NCBI RefSeq assembly: GCF_028368995.1
Contig: NZ_JAQNDL010000001.1
Location: 3,648,001-3,712,000, forward strand
Direction: 5' to 3'
DNA: 64,000 nt
Origin: Nannocystis bainbridge
GTDB lineage: Bacteria; Myxococcota_A; Polyangia; Nannocystales; Nannocystaceae
Shown: one piece after another, positions 31,101 to 40,952 of the stretch
Layout: each line of letters opens with the position of its first letter
Numbering within the stretch: the first letter of the stretch is position 1
The notes under the pieces: generated by a model
Database searches by the model: none
The model's input: the letters and a program-made list of their open reading frames with translations, nothing else
Told to the model about the DNA's origin: nothing
Translations under genes and position numbers: made by a program

Positions 31101-31147
31101 TCGCCGGCGCCACCAGAGATCTCGCGCATCGGTAAAACCATGGTCAT
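25127..31147 (-). CDS. Hybrid Ser/Thr-kinase-like / AAA ATPase / GAF / PAS / GAF / histidine kinase sensor
   Basis: HKDLRPAN, GTLAYVAPE, GYPGAGKS, LFLDDLQWAD, GAF, PAS (HPDD...YRWF), AHEINQPL, FFTTK, GMGL. Confidence 0.92.
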   Translation of the reverse strand: MTMVLPMREISGGAGEPLPVELMGGSPLWQEGDVGLARAARRSDGAAVLVVRGPVARLEHELALRHVIEPSWGAQPLGLARDGGRLVLLLRDPGGDSLAELVGRAWETTAFLRAAIGLAIALDRAHDRGITHKDLRPANILVDARAGAVWLTGFGIASLSRREHQSVGGPVPAGTLAYVAPEQTGRMNRSTDARSDLYSLGVTLYQLLTGVLPFAADDPAELLHGHLAREPRPPHELVPDAPRPLSAIVLKLLAKTPEDRYQSARGVLTDLRRCLAEWESFGRVEPFRLGAQDVARRLRVPDKLYGRERESDELLAAFARAISGGARELVLVTGYPGAGKSSLVGELRRVLLPARALFASGKADESTREVPYAPFAGGLRTVVRGILAQSEEEVGRWRESLQRALGPSGKLIVDLVPELALVIGEQAAIAELAPEEANSRFYAVFRRFLGVLATAEHPLVLFLDDLQWADEATVALLEHLVGQDEVTHLFLVGAYRDQQVDGDHALARAIARMTAAGATLREIAVPPLQVQDFEKMLGGALGCSREHVRPLARLVFEKTSGNPFFAIQFVGALYDDALIGFDPVSGSWTWDVARIQAQNFTDNVVELMMTRFGGLPAATREALKDLACLGHTAPARILEVVHGEHIHAALAEAIRSGLVYQLDGAYSFLHDRVREASYALLAESERPAAHRRIAQRLLASTPSERREEAVFDVVNQYNAGSSLVAAEDERLLLAELNLLAGGRARASSAYAQAHRYLTQANALLPADRWQRCPALTFPIELALAECERLDGANDSAEARLSRLASHVSDPIERAAIVCMQVHLYTTSDRFDRVVPICLDYLRSVGIALPPAPTDAEVRAQYQGMRARMGERTIESLFDLPPMTDPGRRATVDVLSLFTTPAYFADKNLYALLIVHIVLLSLEHGITDGSALAFSLLGTVIGPRFAAYRDGHRFGRLSADLVERRGLDRYAARVQMVFATNVIPWTSHLRASHAITWRAGETALESGDLTYASYCAGFAITFRLAAGAPLAEVLREAEAALGVARRAGYAFAVDLIGAQLALIRTLRAPLDDPSAATAEARLVDDRSIPGALLAVFRWIRELQACFHLERFAEAQAIAARAHESIELAALFYEEAEFHLYSALAHAAVSDGAPGRDHVALVAAHHTQLVTWAVDSPPTFGCQAALVEAELARLQGHELAAERLYERAIGLAREAGFVQFEAIANDLAARFHERRGFATIAAAYTREAQALYDRWGARGKVELLARRLRAGRPAVMPSSETLLERLDAAAVIRASQALSSEIVLDRLIEALMRTTVESAGATRGVLVTLARGEVEVAAVATTGKDGVTVQLRGPSAPAEALPETVIQYVARTRQSVLLEDARQAHPFADDPYVTRHGCRSLLCLPLAKPSQLVAVLLLENTLTPHAFTSERIAVLTLLASQAAISLENARLYAEAGRSEDRLTRIIDTIPTLAWSARPDGAAMFFNRQWLDYTGLSLAEAQAQRHPSATHPDDTEAARSHWQRLVQSGEPGSFEARLRRADGAYRWFLTRVQPLYDEQGIVEWYGTSTDIEDRKQAEEELDSRVRFWTLRSLVSSRLAASPTDRLDAEIDAMLAQLGAFFEVDSIFIFWFPVTGHDAVTTHTWAKSGVGLPPNTVTMFPDSVEEMRRGEDVPVHDVQRMPDHKAEERLALTAMGIKSVIGLPLIVGGATIASLNLACTSRHMQWTDPVRQRLRIFGEVFANALARRRAELDLERSESALHRAQTDLAHVTRITTLGELAASIAHEINQPLTAIIAEAAACTNWLSAPQPKLDNVRESLGAIASESNRAGEILRRIRALLSRSSIETNPCDLTAVVYAALPVVRRQLLQAEVVLETSLQPNLPPVIGDPVQLQQVVLNLILNASDASRDVEPGRRRITVRTFVEWGEADPSVVVEVEDWGVGIGSLAPAHLFEPFFTTKANGLGMGLAISRSIIERHGGRLWADSNASGVGATFGFSLTALPRTTPRSS

Positions 31148-31295
31148 CGACCGCAGGGCCGCAGGACCGCCCGAGTCTACGCCCTGAGCCGCGAGGGCCG
31201 GCGCCGGGCGACACCCGACCTTGGTCGGGTAGCGCGATCCCCCTGCGCCGATGCGGGCTCGTCCGCCCCCGAGGGCCGCGCTATCGTCGACCGCA

Positions 31296-32120
31296 GTGGC
31301 GCGCGGAGTCGGCGAGATCGCGGGAACCCCGGCGCTGGCCTGCGTCGCCGCCACCGCGCTCGCGCTGCTCGTCACCGCCGCGGTGTTCTACCTGCTGGCG
31401 CGGCGGCTGCGGGATCAGGCCCGGCTCGAGCAAACCTCGCTGACCACGCCGCCGCCGCTGACGAACGGCCCGGTCGCGCTCGCCGGCACCGTCGAGACCA
31501 GCGACGGCGCCGCGGCGATCGAGGTCACGCTCGAGGAGGAGCGCGAAGACGGCGACTGGCGCGAGGTCAGCCGCACCACCGCCGCCCGGCCGTTCGTCCT
31601 GCGCCTCGAAGGCGGCGCCGCGGTGCGGGTCGTGCCGGGCGACGCTCCGCTGCTGCTCGACGCCCTCGGCCCCGCCGAGACCCTCGCGCCCGCTCACCAG
31701 CGACGGCGCGCGAGCCTCGACAACGGCGAGCGCGTGTTCGTGCGCGGCCTCTTGCGCCGCAGCGGCGAGCCCGGCGGCGCCTCCCCGTACCGCGCTGGCG
31801 ACCCGCCGTTCGAGCTCGCGGCCCCGCGACGCGGCCCGATGGTGCTGTCAACCGAGGCTTTGAGCGGCGCGCTCGAGCGGCGCGCCGGCGACCACCTCGG
31901 CCGCAGCCACCTGCTCCTGGCCAGCCTCGCCGTCGTCGTCCTGCTCTCGCTGCACGTGTTGTTCGCCGCGCTGTGGTGGATCGTCGTCGACGCTCCCCCG
32001 CCCACGCTCCAGTTCGACCTCTACTTCTGGGTCATGCTGATCGCCGGCACCGCGATCGCCGGCGCCGTCATCTCGGCCGCGACCGAGCGGCCGTGGTACG
32101 CCCGCCGCGGCCCGCGCTGA
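31296..32120 (+). CDS. Membrane protein with GIDE-like domain
   Basis: TM, then W......PF.L......V.V.P...L..GE.VFV.G...YR, then 2 TMs; start uncertain. Confidence 0.55.
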   Translation: MARGVGEIAGTPALACVAATALALLVTAAVFYLLARRLRDQARLEQTSLTTPPPLTNGPVALAGTVETSDGAAAIEVTLEEEREDGDWREVSRTTAARPFVLRLEGGAAVRVVPGDAPLLLDALGPAETLAPAHQRRRASLDNGERVFVRGLLRRSGEPGGASPYRAGDPPFELAAPRRGPMVLSTEALSGALERRAGDHLGRSHLLLASLAVVVLLSLHVLFAALWWIVVDAPPPTLQFDLYFWVMLIAGTAIAGAVISAATERPWYARRGPR

Positions 32121-32123
32121 CGC

Positions 32124-32179
32124 TGTCCTTTACACCATGTCCCATCGCGCATGTCCCCGCGGACATACCCCAAGAGTCA
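32124..32179. repeat. 14-bp-phased palindrome array (3-4 units) between convergent genes
   Basis: tgtc at 32124, 32138 and 32152; gaca at 32162. Confidence 0.8.
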
Positions 32180-32764
32180 CCCGCGCGGCTCGATCGCCCG
32201 CCAGAACAGCTCGACGATCTGCTCGCGATAGTTCGGGTCGAGCTCCGGCGCCGCCGCGCCGAGGGCGTGGCGCATGAAGTGGGGCACCTGCAGGCTCGAG
32301 CCGAACGCCGTCGCCAGCGAGCTCGGCGACGGCGCGACGATCCGGCCCGCGTCCGCCAGCTGGGTGAACCACGCCACCACGGCGCGGTGCGAACGCAGCC
32401 CTGGCCAGCCCTCCTTCTCCCAGTTGAGCACCTTCGAAGGCTGGGTCTTGGCCGCCGACAGCACCGAGATGCACGGCATCTGCTGGACCAGGAACGCGTC
32501 CATCTTGGCCGCCAGCTCGTGCAGCTGCTCGAGCACCGGCCGCTCGTCGGGGCCCTTCTCGAGGTCGGCGACCCAGGGCGGGCTGCGGGGGATCAGCGCC
32601 CGCACCATCAGCTCTTGCTTGGTCCGGAACCGCTTGAACAGCGCCGCCTGCGACACCCCGAGCTCCTGGGCGATCACGTCCGTCGACACGCTCGGGCCGT
32701 GCTCGAGGAAACACCGACGCGCGGTGTCGAGGAGCTCATCGTCGCTGAAAGAACGCGGTCGCAT
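32177..32764 (-). CDS. TetR/AcrR-family regulator
   Basis: LLDTARRCFLEHG....IAQELGVSQAALFKRFRTKQEL; divergent from RND operon. Confidence 0.92.
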   Translation of the reverse strand: MRPRSFSDDELLDTARRCFLEHGPSVSTDVIAQELGVSQAALFKRFRTKQELMVRALIPRSPPWVADLEKGPDERPVLEQLHELAAKMDAFLVQQMPCISVLSAAKTQPSKVLNWEKEGWPGLRSHRAVVAWFTQLADAGRIVAPSPSSLATAFGSSLQVPHFMRHALGAAAPELDPNYREQIVELFWRAIEPRG

Positions 32765-32960
32765 CGCCGATTGGAGGGTGCCACCTTCTGAATAACACGC
32801 CACCCTCTCCAATCACCGGACGCTCACACCTGCGCGCCCGCCGCCGCGCGTGTGGACGCGCTCGCTTCCGGACGGTCGCCCGGCCCGCTGCCGGACCCAG
32901 CTCGATTCCGCACATCCCGAATTTCGGCTCCTGAGCGGTGCTAGCCCGGCAAATTCAAAG

Positions 32961-33030
32961 TAAGTGATTGCTCATTTATTTTTCTTGCGCCCGCCCGGGC
33001 CCCGAGTTAGAACGTGCTCACTCACTAACT
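32961..33030 (+). promoter_or_regulatory. Putative efflux-operon promoter with two TetR-like operators
   Basis: TTGCGC(32985)-N17-TAGAAC(33008); imperfect palindromes taagtgattgctcattta and agttag...ctaact. Confidence 0.6.
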
Positions 33031-33185
33031 AAATGCCCCAAAAGGCGCGCGTTCACGCCTGCCTGAAATCGCCGGACAATGTCATCACCTGTGATGATAC
33101 GACCCTGGTCGATGCATTTATGGCGCGTGCGAATGGCACGCGTGCGGACAATCGAAGCTACTCACATTCCGAGGCGGCCCCAGCA

Positions 33186-34184
33186 ATGACACCCGTGCAC
33201 CTCTCACGCCTGCTCCTCGGGGCGGCGCTGCTCATCCCCTTCGCGTGCGACAGCGGCGACCAGCCGAAGATCGGTCTCCCCCCGGCGCGCGCGGCCGACG
33301 GCGCTGACGCCCCCAAGGTCCCGGGTCCCCCGCCGCGGCCCGAGCAGGGGCCCGCCGCCGCTGCGCCGACCGCCAGCGCCGCCGGCCGCTACGTCGCCAC
33401 CGCCCTGCCCAAGCACAGCGCCGACCTCAGCCCGCGCATGAGCGGCACCCTCACCGACGTGATGGTGGAGGAGGGCGAGCGGGTCAAGAAGGGTCAATTG
33501 CTGTTCCGCCTCGACGCCCGCGCCAGCCGCCTCGGCATCGCCCAGGCCGAGGCCTCGCTGCAGGGCGCCACCATCCAGCGGGACAACGCCCAGCGCGAGC
33601 TCGAGCGCCAGCAACGCCTGGCCCAGTCCGGCACCATCTCCGCCGCCGTGCTCGAGCGGGCCGAGGCCACCTTCACCAGCGCCAGCAACGGCATCAGCCA
33701 GGCCGAGGTCGCCCTGTCGATGGCCAAGCGCAACAGCGGCGACTCCACCGTGTCGTCGCCGATCGACGGCGTCGTCACCAAGAAGGCCAAGCACGTCGGC
33801 GAGTCGGTGACGATGATGCCGCCGACCGTCGTGATGGTCGTCCAGGACCAGTCCGTCATCGAGCTGCGCGCGCGCATCCCCGAGGCCGCGCTCAAGACCA
33901 TCCGCGAGGGTCAGACGATCACCGCCCACTTCAGCGCGCTCGAGCTGGCCCGCAGCGCCACCGTCGTGCGCATCCAGCCGACCGTCGACGCCCAGACCCG
34001 CACCATCGAGATCGTCGCCGACGTCGCCAACGCCGACAACCTGCTGCGCCCCGGCATGTACGTCGAGGTCGAGCTGACCCCGCCGGCCGCCGAGGTCGCC
34101 GCCGCCCCGGCCGCGGCCGGCAAGGAGCAACCCGTCGCCAGCGCCAAGCGCAAGCGGTCGCCGACCGCGGGGGCCAAGCTGTGA
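33186..34184 (+). CDS. RND efflux periplasmic adaptor (MFP), lipoprotein
   Basis: PFAC lipobox, VEEGERVKKGQLL, SPIDGVV, LRPGM. Confidence 0.93.
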   Translation: MTPVHLSRLLLGAALLIPFACDSGDQPKIGLPPARAADGADAPKVPGPPPRPEQGPAAAAPTASAAGRYVATALPKHSADLSPRMSGTLTDVMVEEGERVKKGQLLFRLDARASRLGIAQAEASLQGATIQRDNAQRELERQQRLAQSGTISAAVLERAEATFTSASNGISQAEVALSMAKRNSGDSTVSSPIDGVVTKKAKHVGESVTMMPPTVVMVVQDQSVIELRARIPEAALKTIREGQTITAHFSALELARSATVVRIQPTVDAQTRTIEIVADVANADNLLRPGMYVEVELTPPAAEVAAAPAAAGKEQPVASAKRKRSPTAGAKL

Positions 34185-37100
34185 AGCTCGCCGAAATTTC
34201 GATCAAACAGCCCGTGTTCGCGGCGATGCTGATCGCCGCGCTCATGGTGTTCGGCCTCTACGCGCTGCCGCGCATCGGGGTCGAGATGTTCCCCAGCGTC
34301 GAGTTCCCGGTCGTGACGACCACCGTCGTCTACCCGGGCGCCGACCCGGCGACCATGGAGTCCAAGGTCGCCGACCCGATCGAGGAGGCGCTGCAGTCGC
34401 TGAGCGGCGTCAAGCGCATGACCTCGCGCAACTACGAGGGCGTCACCGCGGTGATCCTCGAGTTCGAGCTCGAGGTCAACGGCGACCAGGCCGTGCAGGA
34501 CGTCCGCGACAAGGTCGCCGCGATCGAGCGCGAGCTGCCGAACGGCATCGACCCGCCGACGGTGCAGAAGCTCGACGTCGGCGCCACCCCGGTGCTCTCG
34601 GTCGCCCTCGCCGGCCAGCTGCCGATCGGCGAGCTGACGCGCATCGCCAAGGACGAGGTCAAGCAGCGCATCCAGCAGATCCCCGGCGTCGGCATCGTCG
34701 ACGTCATCGGCGGCCGCGAGCGCGAGATCAAGGTCCTCGTCAACCCGGCGCGCATGACCGGCTTCGGCCTCACCGTCGACGACGTCATCAACGCCATCAA
34801 GGCCGGCAACCTCGAGCTGCCCGCCGGCTACATCAAGAGCGGCGGCAACGAGCTCACGATCAAGACCAAGGGCGAGATCAAGAGCGCCGGCGAGATCGGC
34901 GACATCGTCATCGTCGGGGTCGGCGGCGCCGCGATCCGCGTCAAGGACTGCGCCGAGGTGCTCGACGACGTCGAGGACGCCCGCTCCGCCTCCTACCTCG
35001 ACGGCAACGCCGCCATCGGCCTCATCGTCCGCAAGCAGAGCGGCGCCAACGTCGTCTCGCTGGCCGAACGGATCCGCGAGGAGCTGGTCGAGATGGAGCC
35101 GCTGCTGAGCAAGCACGGCATCACCGCGGCGATCCCGACCGACAACTCGGTGTTCACCGAGCACGCGATCCACGACGTGCAGTTCGACCTCGCCCTCGGC
35201 GCGGCGCTGACCGTCCTCTTGATCCTCATCTTCCTCCACGACTTCCGCGCGACCTTCATCGCCGCGGTGGCGATCCCCACCAGCATCGTCGCGACCTTCG
35301 CGTTCATGAGCTACCTGGGGTTCACCTTCAACAACATCTCGATGTTGGCCCTGTCGCTGTCGATCGGCATCCTCGTCGACGACGCGATCGTGGTCATCGA
35401 GAACATCTACCGCCACCTCGAGATGGGCAAGGGCCGCATGCGCGCGGCCCTCGACGCGACGTCGGAGATCGGCCTCGCCGTCATCGCCACCACCCTCTCG
35501 CTGGTCGCCGTGTTCGTGCCGGTCGCCTTCATGAAGGGCATCATCGGCCGCTTCTTCTTCCAGTTCGGTATCACCGTCTCGGTCGCCGTGCTGCTGTCGA
35601 TGCTGGTCTCCTTCACCCTCACGCCGATGCTGTCGTCGGTGCTGATGCGCCACGGCCACGAGCACCAGCCCGGCTGGTTCGCCCGCACCTTCAACCGCGC
35701 CTTTGGCGGGTTCGAGCGGGTGTACACCGCCATCCTCGGCTGGGCCCTGCGCTGGCCGTGGACCACCGTGCTGCTGGCCGTGCTCTCGCTGGTCGGCTCG
35801 GTCGCCCTCGTCACCCGCGTGCCCGGCGAGTTCATGCCGAGTCAGGACCGCTCGCAGTTCGCCGTCCAGGTCGAGCTGCCGACCGGCACCGGCCTCGAGG
35901 CCACCATCACCACCGCCGAGGCCGTCGCCGCCGACCTGCGCGAGCACCTGCCCGGCGTCAAGACCACCTTCACCACCATCGGCGGCGGCCAGCAGGCCCA
36001 GGTCAACAAGGCCGAGATCCAGGTCATCCTCATCGGCCGCCACGACCGCGGCTTCGGCCAGCGCGACGCCATGCAATGGGTCCGCGACCGCATGACCGGC
36101 ATCGACGGCGTCCAGGTCACCGTCGCCGAGATCAACGCGCTCGGCGGCGACGGCGGCCGCAGCCAGCCGATCCAGTTCTCGATCCGCGGCAACGACCTCG
36201 CCGAGCTCACCGCCGCCGCCACCGCCCTGCGTGACGAGCTGGCCCAGACCGGCAAGTTCGTCGACCTCGACGTCACCTTCCGCGGCGGCAAGCCCGAGCT
36301 CGCCGTCCACGTCGACCGCAACAAGGCCGCCGACCTCGGCGTCCCGATCGCCTCTGTCGCCCGCACCATCCGCTCGCTCATGGCCGGCGACACCATCTCC
36401 GACCTCAAGGACGGCTCCGACATCTACGACGTGATCGTGCAGATGCCCGAGGCGCAGCGGACCCAGATCGAGGCGCTCAGCAACCTCAAGGTCCGCGCCA
36501 CCACCGGGCAGATGATCGACCTCGCCAGCCTGGTCTCGGTCGAGCGCGAGTCGGGCCCCAGCGAGATCGAGCGCCAGAACCGCCAGCGCCAGGTGCTGCT
36601 GCTGGCCAACCTGCGCGACGCCACCCTCGGCGAGGCCCAGCAGATCCTCGACGAGGCCGCCGCCCGCGTCATCCCGGGCCACCTCAGCACCGGCTACATC
36701 GGCAACGCCGAGATGATGAAGGAGTCGTTCGAGGCGATGCTGCTCGCGCTCGGCCTGGCGATCGTGCTCGTCTACATGATCCTCGCCGCCCAGTTCAACA
36801 GCTTCGTCCAGCCGGTCGTCATCATGATCTCGCTGCCGCTGTCGGTCATCGGCGCCTTCGGCGGGATCTACCTCGCCGGCATGACCCTCAACGTGTTCTC
36901 GTTCATCGGCCTCATCATGCTGATGGGCCTCGTCACCAAGACCGCGATCCTCCTGGTCGACTTCGCCAACGACGAGCGCAAGCGCGGGCAGGAGATCGTG
37001 CCCGCCCTCGTCAACGCCGGCCGCGTCCGCCTGCGCCCGATCGTCATGACCGCCGCCGCCACCATCTTCGGCATGGTCCCCGTCGCCCTGGCCCTCGGCG

Positions 37101-37285
37101 AGGGCGGCGAGGCTCGCGCGCCGATGGCCGTCATCGTCATCGGCGGCATGATCACCTCGACGGTCCTCACCCTCGTCGTCGTCCCGGTCTCCTACCTCCT
37201 GTTCGACCGCATGGTGACCGCCCGCTCGACCCGCTGGATCGCCCGCAAGCTGTTCGGCGACGCCCCGGCCGAGTCGCTCGACTAG
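34181..37285 (+). CDS. RND efflux permease (AcrB family)
   Basis: 1034 aa; [22 protein letters not shown]. Confidence 0.96.
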   Translation: MKLAEISIKQPVFAAMLIAALMVFGLYALPRIGVEMFPSVEFPVVTTTVVYPGADPATMESKVADPIEEALQSLSGVKRMTSRNYEGVTAVILEFELEVNGDQAVQDVRDKVAAIERELPNGIDPPTVQKLDVGATPVLSVALAGQLPIGELTRIAKDEVKQRIQQIPGVGIVDVIGGREREIKVLVNPARMTGFGLTVDDVINAIKAGNLELPAGYIKSGGNELTIKTKGEIKSAGEIGDIVIVGVGGAAIRVKDCAEVLDDVEDARSASYLDGNAAIGLIVRKQSGANVVSLAERIREELVEMEPLLSKHGITAAIPTDNSVFTEHAIHDVQFDLALGAALTVLLILIFLHDFRATFIAAVAIPTSIVATFAFMSYLGFTFNNISMLALSLSIGILVDDAIVVIENIYRHLEMGKGRMRAALDATSEIGLAVIATTLSLVAVFVPVAFMKGIIGRFFFQFGITVSVAVLLSMLVSFTLTPMLSSVLMRHGHEHQPGWFARTFNRAFGGFERVYTAILGWALRWPWTTVLLAVLSLVGSVALVTRVPGEFMPSQDRSQFAVQVELPTGTGLEATITTAEAVAADLREHLPGVKTTFTTIGGGQQAQVNKAEIQVILIGRHDRGFGQRDAMQWVRDRMTGIDGVQVTVAEINALGGDGGRSQPIQFSIRGNDLAELTAAATALRDELAQTGKFVDLDVTFRGGKPELAVHVDRNKAADLGVPIASVARTIRSLMAGDTISDLKDGSDIYDVIVQMPEAQRTQIEALSNLKVRATTGQMIDLASLVSVERESGPSEIERQNRQRQVLLLANLRDATLGEAQQILDEAAARVIPGHLSTGYIGNAEMMKESFEAMLLALGLAIVLVYMILAAQFNSFVQPVVIMISLPLSVIGAFGGIYLAGMTLNVFSFIGLIMLMGLVTKTAILLVDFANDERKRGQEIVPALVNAGRVRLRPIVMTAAATIFGMVPVALALGEGGEARAPMAVIVIGGMITSTVLTLVVVPVSYLLFDRMVTARSTRWIARKLFGDAPAESLD

Positions 37286-37295
37286 CAGGTACGAC

Positions 37296-37328
37296 ATGGC
37301 CTTCGGGACATGCTGTCCCGAAGGCCAT
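37296..37328. terminator. Perfect 15-bp-stem hairpin built from the GACA/TGTC motif
   Basis: atggccttcgggaca-tgc-tgtcccgaaggccat. Confidence 0.6.
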
Positions 37329-37429
37329 CCGCCGTCGCAGCCGCGACGGTCCTCTCGAAAATCTCACACTGTCACTTTGGCCCATCCAGGCGCCGCCCGT
37401 CGCGGCGGCGCCAGATCGAGCACTGCCGC

Positions 37430-38992
37430 ATGATCGCCATCGCCTCCCTCTTCGTGGTCGCCCTCGCCGCTCCGCCCGTCGACGCCGGCCCCGTGCCCGA
37501 CCCGCGCCGCGCCGCTGGCGTCGACTCGGCCGCCTCCCGGACCGTCGCCGTCGATGTCGCCGAGCTCGAGCAGATCCTGCGCGCGGGCCCGCTCGGCAAG
37601 GGCCTCGCCCCGGTGGCCGGCGGGCTCACCGACGACGCCGTCGCCGAGCGAGCGATCGCCGTGTCGCCGTCGCTGGCGATCAAGCAGGAGGCGATCGAGC
37701 GCGCCGCGGCCCGCGTCGACCAGGCGATCGTCAGCTTCTTGCCGACGCTCGGGGTCAAGGCCAGCTACTCGCGGCTGTCCAAGGCCGCGATCAACTTCGG
37801 CGGCGGCGCCAGCGTGGCCGCCGTCAACGGCCCGTCCGAGGGCGTCGCCCCGATCGTCGTCGGCGACTGCCCCGGCGGCGGGGGCCAGTGCGCGCTCGAT
37901 CCGGCCGGCGTGCCGCTCGTCATCACTCCGCCGTTCAAGATCCAGATCCCGCTCAACTCCTACTCGCTGTCGGCCAACCTCTCGGTCCCGATCTCCGACT
38001 ACATCCTCTCGCTCGCGCCCGCCCGCAAGGGCACCCTCGCCGCGCGCGAGTCGGCCGTGTTCGCCCGCGACGCCGAGCGCGTCAAGGTCCAGACCGACGC
38101 CCGCCTCGCCTATTACAACTGGCTGCGCGGCGTCGCCTCGCTGGTCGTCATCGAGGACTCGCTGCAGCGGACCCAGTCGCGCCTCGTCGACGCCGAGAAC
38201 CTGTTCGCCGCCGGCTCCGCCACCCGCTCCGACGTGCTCCGCGTCGACGCCCTCGTGTCGTCGCAGCAGGCCGCGATCGCCGACGCCCGCGCCTTCCGCA
38301 AGATCGCCGAGCGCAACCTCGCCGTCATGATGAACGAGCCGACCCGCGCCTACGACGTCGGCGAGGACATCCTCGCCCCGCCGCGCGACCTCGGCGAGCT
38401 GCCCACGGTCGACGACCTCATCGCCGAGGCCCAGGACAACCGCCTCGAGGTCCGCTCGCTCGAGCGCGCCGTCGACGGCACCCATCAGAACATCCGCGCC
38501 ACCCGGGCCGGCTACTACCCGCGCCTCGACGCCTTCGCCGACGCCCTGTACGCCAACCCCAACCAGCGGTTCTTCCCGCTGTCGCCCGTGTGGCGGGCCT
38601 CGTGGTCGGTCGGCGTGCAGCTCAGCTACACCATCAACCAGAGCCTGCGCACCAAGGCCCAGGTCCGCGAGCTCAAGACCAACAAGCGCGAGCTCGAGCT
38701 GCAGGCCGAGCAGTTGCGGCGCGCGATCGCCATCGAGGTCGCGCAGGCCTTCCACGACCGCGAGCGCGCCATCGCCGGGATCGAGCTCAGCACCCGCGGC
38801 CTGGCCTCGTCGGTCGAGGCCTACCGCGTCGCCAGCGAGAACTACAAGCAGGGCGCCGCGACCACCAACGAGATCATCGCCGCCGAGGGCGAGCAGGTGC
38901 AGGCGGCCCTGCGCGCCGTCAATTCGCGCATCGACCTCCACGTCGCCACCACCCGCCTGCTGTACGCGACCGGCCGCCTCAACCCGAAGTGA
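37430..38992 (+). CDS. TolC-family outer-membrane efflux protein
   Basis: Signal peptide, two OEP halves (SFLPTL, GYYPRL, YKQG); follows the RND permease. Confidence 0.9.
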   Translation: MIAIASLFVVALAAPPVDAGPVPDPRRAAGVDSAASRTVAVDVAELEQILRAGPLGKGLAPVAGGLTDDAVAERAIAVSPSLAIKQEAIERAAARVDQAIVSFLPTLGVKASYSRLSKAAINFGGGASVAAVNGPSEGVAPIVVGDCPGGGGQCALDPAGVPLVITPPFKIQIPLNSYSLSANLSVPISDYILSLAPARKGTLAARESAVFARDAERVKVQTDARLAYYNWLRGVASLVVIEDSLQRTQSRLVDAENLFAAGSATRSDVLRVDALVSSQQAAIADARAFRKIAERNLAVMMNEPTRAYDVGEDILAPPRDLGELPTVDDLIAEAQDNRLEVRSLERAVDGTHQNIRATRAGYYPRLDAFADALYANPNQRFFPLSPVWRASWSVGVQLSYTINQSLRTKAQVRELKTNKRELELQAEQLRRAIAIEVAQAFHDRERAIAGIELSTRGLASSVEAYRVASENYKQGAATTNEIIAAEGEQVQAALRAVNSRIDLHVATTRLLYATGRLNPK

Positions 38993-39018
38993 GCGCCCGT
39001 GTTATGCATCGGCGTGAC

Positions 39019-40167
39019 ATGACCGGCGCCGACGACGACCCACGCGACGACGAGGACGACGAGGACGACGACGCCGACGAGCCGCCGCCCCCGCCCCCGG
39101 ACTTCACGCGCGAGCAGTTCCTCGAGTGGCGCTCGCCGCGATACGGCGCCGCCAACCCCGAGCGTCTTACCAATCCGGTGTGGACCTGGCTCGTGCGGGC
39201 CGGCGTCAACGCCTGGAGCGTCACCCGGCAATTCGACGGCCCCTCGGCCCTCGCGGCCGGCCCCGGCTGGTGCTTCGAGCGCTTCGGTCGCAGCACCACC
39301 GAGCTGCCCGACGGGCGCCAGATCCTCGTCGCCGGCGAGCACGAGGACTACTACGACCCCGACTTCTTCATCTACAACGACGTCGTCGTCCGCCACCCCG
39401 ACGGTCGCATCGACATCTTCGGTTACCCGCGCGACGTGTTCCCGCCGACCGACGGCCACTCGGCCACGCGCGTCGGCGACCGCATCATCCTCATCGGCAG
39501 CATCGGCTACCAGAACGAGCGCCGGCCCGGCCACACGCAGGTGCTCGCGCTCGACCTCGGGACCTTCGCCATCACCACCATCCCCACCGGCGGCGAGATG
39601 CCCGGGTGGATTCACGGCCACGGCGCCGCGCTGACCGACGACGGCCGCGCGATCGTGGTCCAGCGCGGCAAGCTCGAGCTCGGCGGTGACACCTCCCTCG
39701 TCGAGAACATCGACGACTGGCGGCTCGACCTCGACACCTGGCAGTGGCAGCGCCTCACCGATCGCCGCTGGCCTCGCTTCGAGCTCCACCGCGAAGACCG
39801 TCAGCGCAATCACCTGTGGGATCTGCGGCAAGCCTGCTGGTATCGCGAAGTCGGCTGGGGCGACCAGCTCGCGGAGCAGCTCGAGAAGCTCGACACGGCG
39901 CTCGGAGCCCCGCCCGACCTCGACCTCGCCGGGCAGCTGTTCCGCCCGTCCATCGCCCACGAGGTGCTCAAGGACGACGACGACGCGTACAACACCGTCC
40001 GCGTCCGCGTCGACGGCGTGGTCGTGCGCTTCGTCGACAACGGCCATTCGTTGCAGATGACCGTCGAGGGCGAGCTCCCCGAAGCCACGGTCCGAGCGAT
40101 CGCCGACGAGCTGCGGGCCAAGCTCGAGCTGCTCGAGCGGACGTCCTATACCTCGAAGCGGCTGTGA
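39019..40167 (+). CDS. Hypothetical protein with partial Kelch-like repeats
   Basis: RFGRSTT.LPDG...VAGEHEDYYDPDF.IYND, PTDGHSAT.VG, WIHGH.A. Confidence 0.7.
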   Translation: MTGADDDPRDDEDDEDDDADEPPPPPPDFTREQFLEWRSPRYGAANPERLTNPVWTWLVRAGVNAWSVTRQFDGPSALAAGPGWCFERFGRSTTELPDGRQILVAGEHEDYYDPDFFIYNDVVVRHPDGRIDIFGYPRDVFPPTDGHSATRVGDRIILIGSIGYQNERRPGHTQVLALDLGTFAITTIPTGGEMPGWIHGHGAALTDDGRAIVVQRGKLELGGDTSLVENIDDWRLDLDTWQWQRLTDRRWPRFELHREDRQRNHLWDLRQACWYREVGWGDQLAEQLEKLDTALGAPPDLDLAGQLFRPSIAHEVLKDDDDAYNTVRVRVDGVVVRFVDNGHSLQMTVEGELPEATVRAIADELRAKLELLERTSYTSKRL

Positions 40168-40326
40168 TTCACGCCGGCGCTGTCGCCCTTCCTCCGACAT
40201 CGCCGGCCGTGAACCACGCATCCTGGTGCGGCCTGCAAAATTTCGTGCGTCGCGGCGGCTCCCGATGACCGGAAGCGGCGGGAGCCTGCACTACCTCCCA
40301 GGTCCCTCGTCGGCCCCGGGCTCGTG

Positions 40327-40881
40327 ATGACGTCGCCACGCTCTTCTTCCACCACCAACGCGAGCGCCTGGCTGGCGCTGCGCGACTACCTCGCCGACGC
40401 CTACAACAATCAGGACATGCGGCTCCTGCTCGAGCTGACGCTGCTCGCCGAGGCGGGTTCGCGGCTGCCGGACGAGCGGGTCTCGCCGCACGAGTTCGCC
40501 CACAACCTCTGCAGCCTCATCCAGCGCCACTCCGGCTACCCGGTGCCGGAGTTCTGGAAGCAGCTGGCCGACGACAGGCCCCTGCGCGCCCCCGAGGTCT
40601 ACAAGCTGCGCACGATCTTCGAGGCGGCCATGGCCGCTTCGGGTCGGCCCCCGCCGCCCCCGCCGAAGCCGCCCCGTCGCCGTCCGTTCACCGCGCCGCC
40701 GCTGCTCACCGCCGCTCTGATCACCGCCATCGGCGCCGGCACGGCCTACTGCGCCGCGACCCGCAACGGCGACTCGCTGATCCCCAAGAGCACGATCATG
40801 TGCAACGACGGCACGCCCTCGCCGACCTGCACCGAGCCTCACGGCGGCTGCTGTTCGACCCACGGCGGCATCAAAAAATAG
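40327..40881 (+). CDS. EAD-like helical domain, Pro linker, TM and DUF3761-like Cys motif
   Basis: LRDYLADAY...LP...S...A..L...QRH...F...L...RP.R..EV; C-terminal CNDGT.S..C....GCCS.HGG. Confidence 0.65.
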   Translation: MTSPRSSSTTNASAWLALRDYLADAYNNQDMRLLLELTLLAEAGSRLPDERVSPHEFAHNLCSLIQRHSGYPVPEFWKQLADDRPLRAPEVYKLRTIFEAAMAASGRPPPPPPKPPRRRPFTAPPLLTAALITAIGAGTAYCAATRNGDSLIPKSTIMCNDGTPSPTCTEPHGGCCSTHGGIKK

Positions 40882-40952
40882 CCTGAACGACCTTACCGCT
40901 CGCGCGACGGCGCCGCGATCGCTCGCGGCGTCGTGATGGATCTCTGTTGCCC

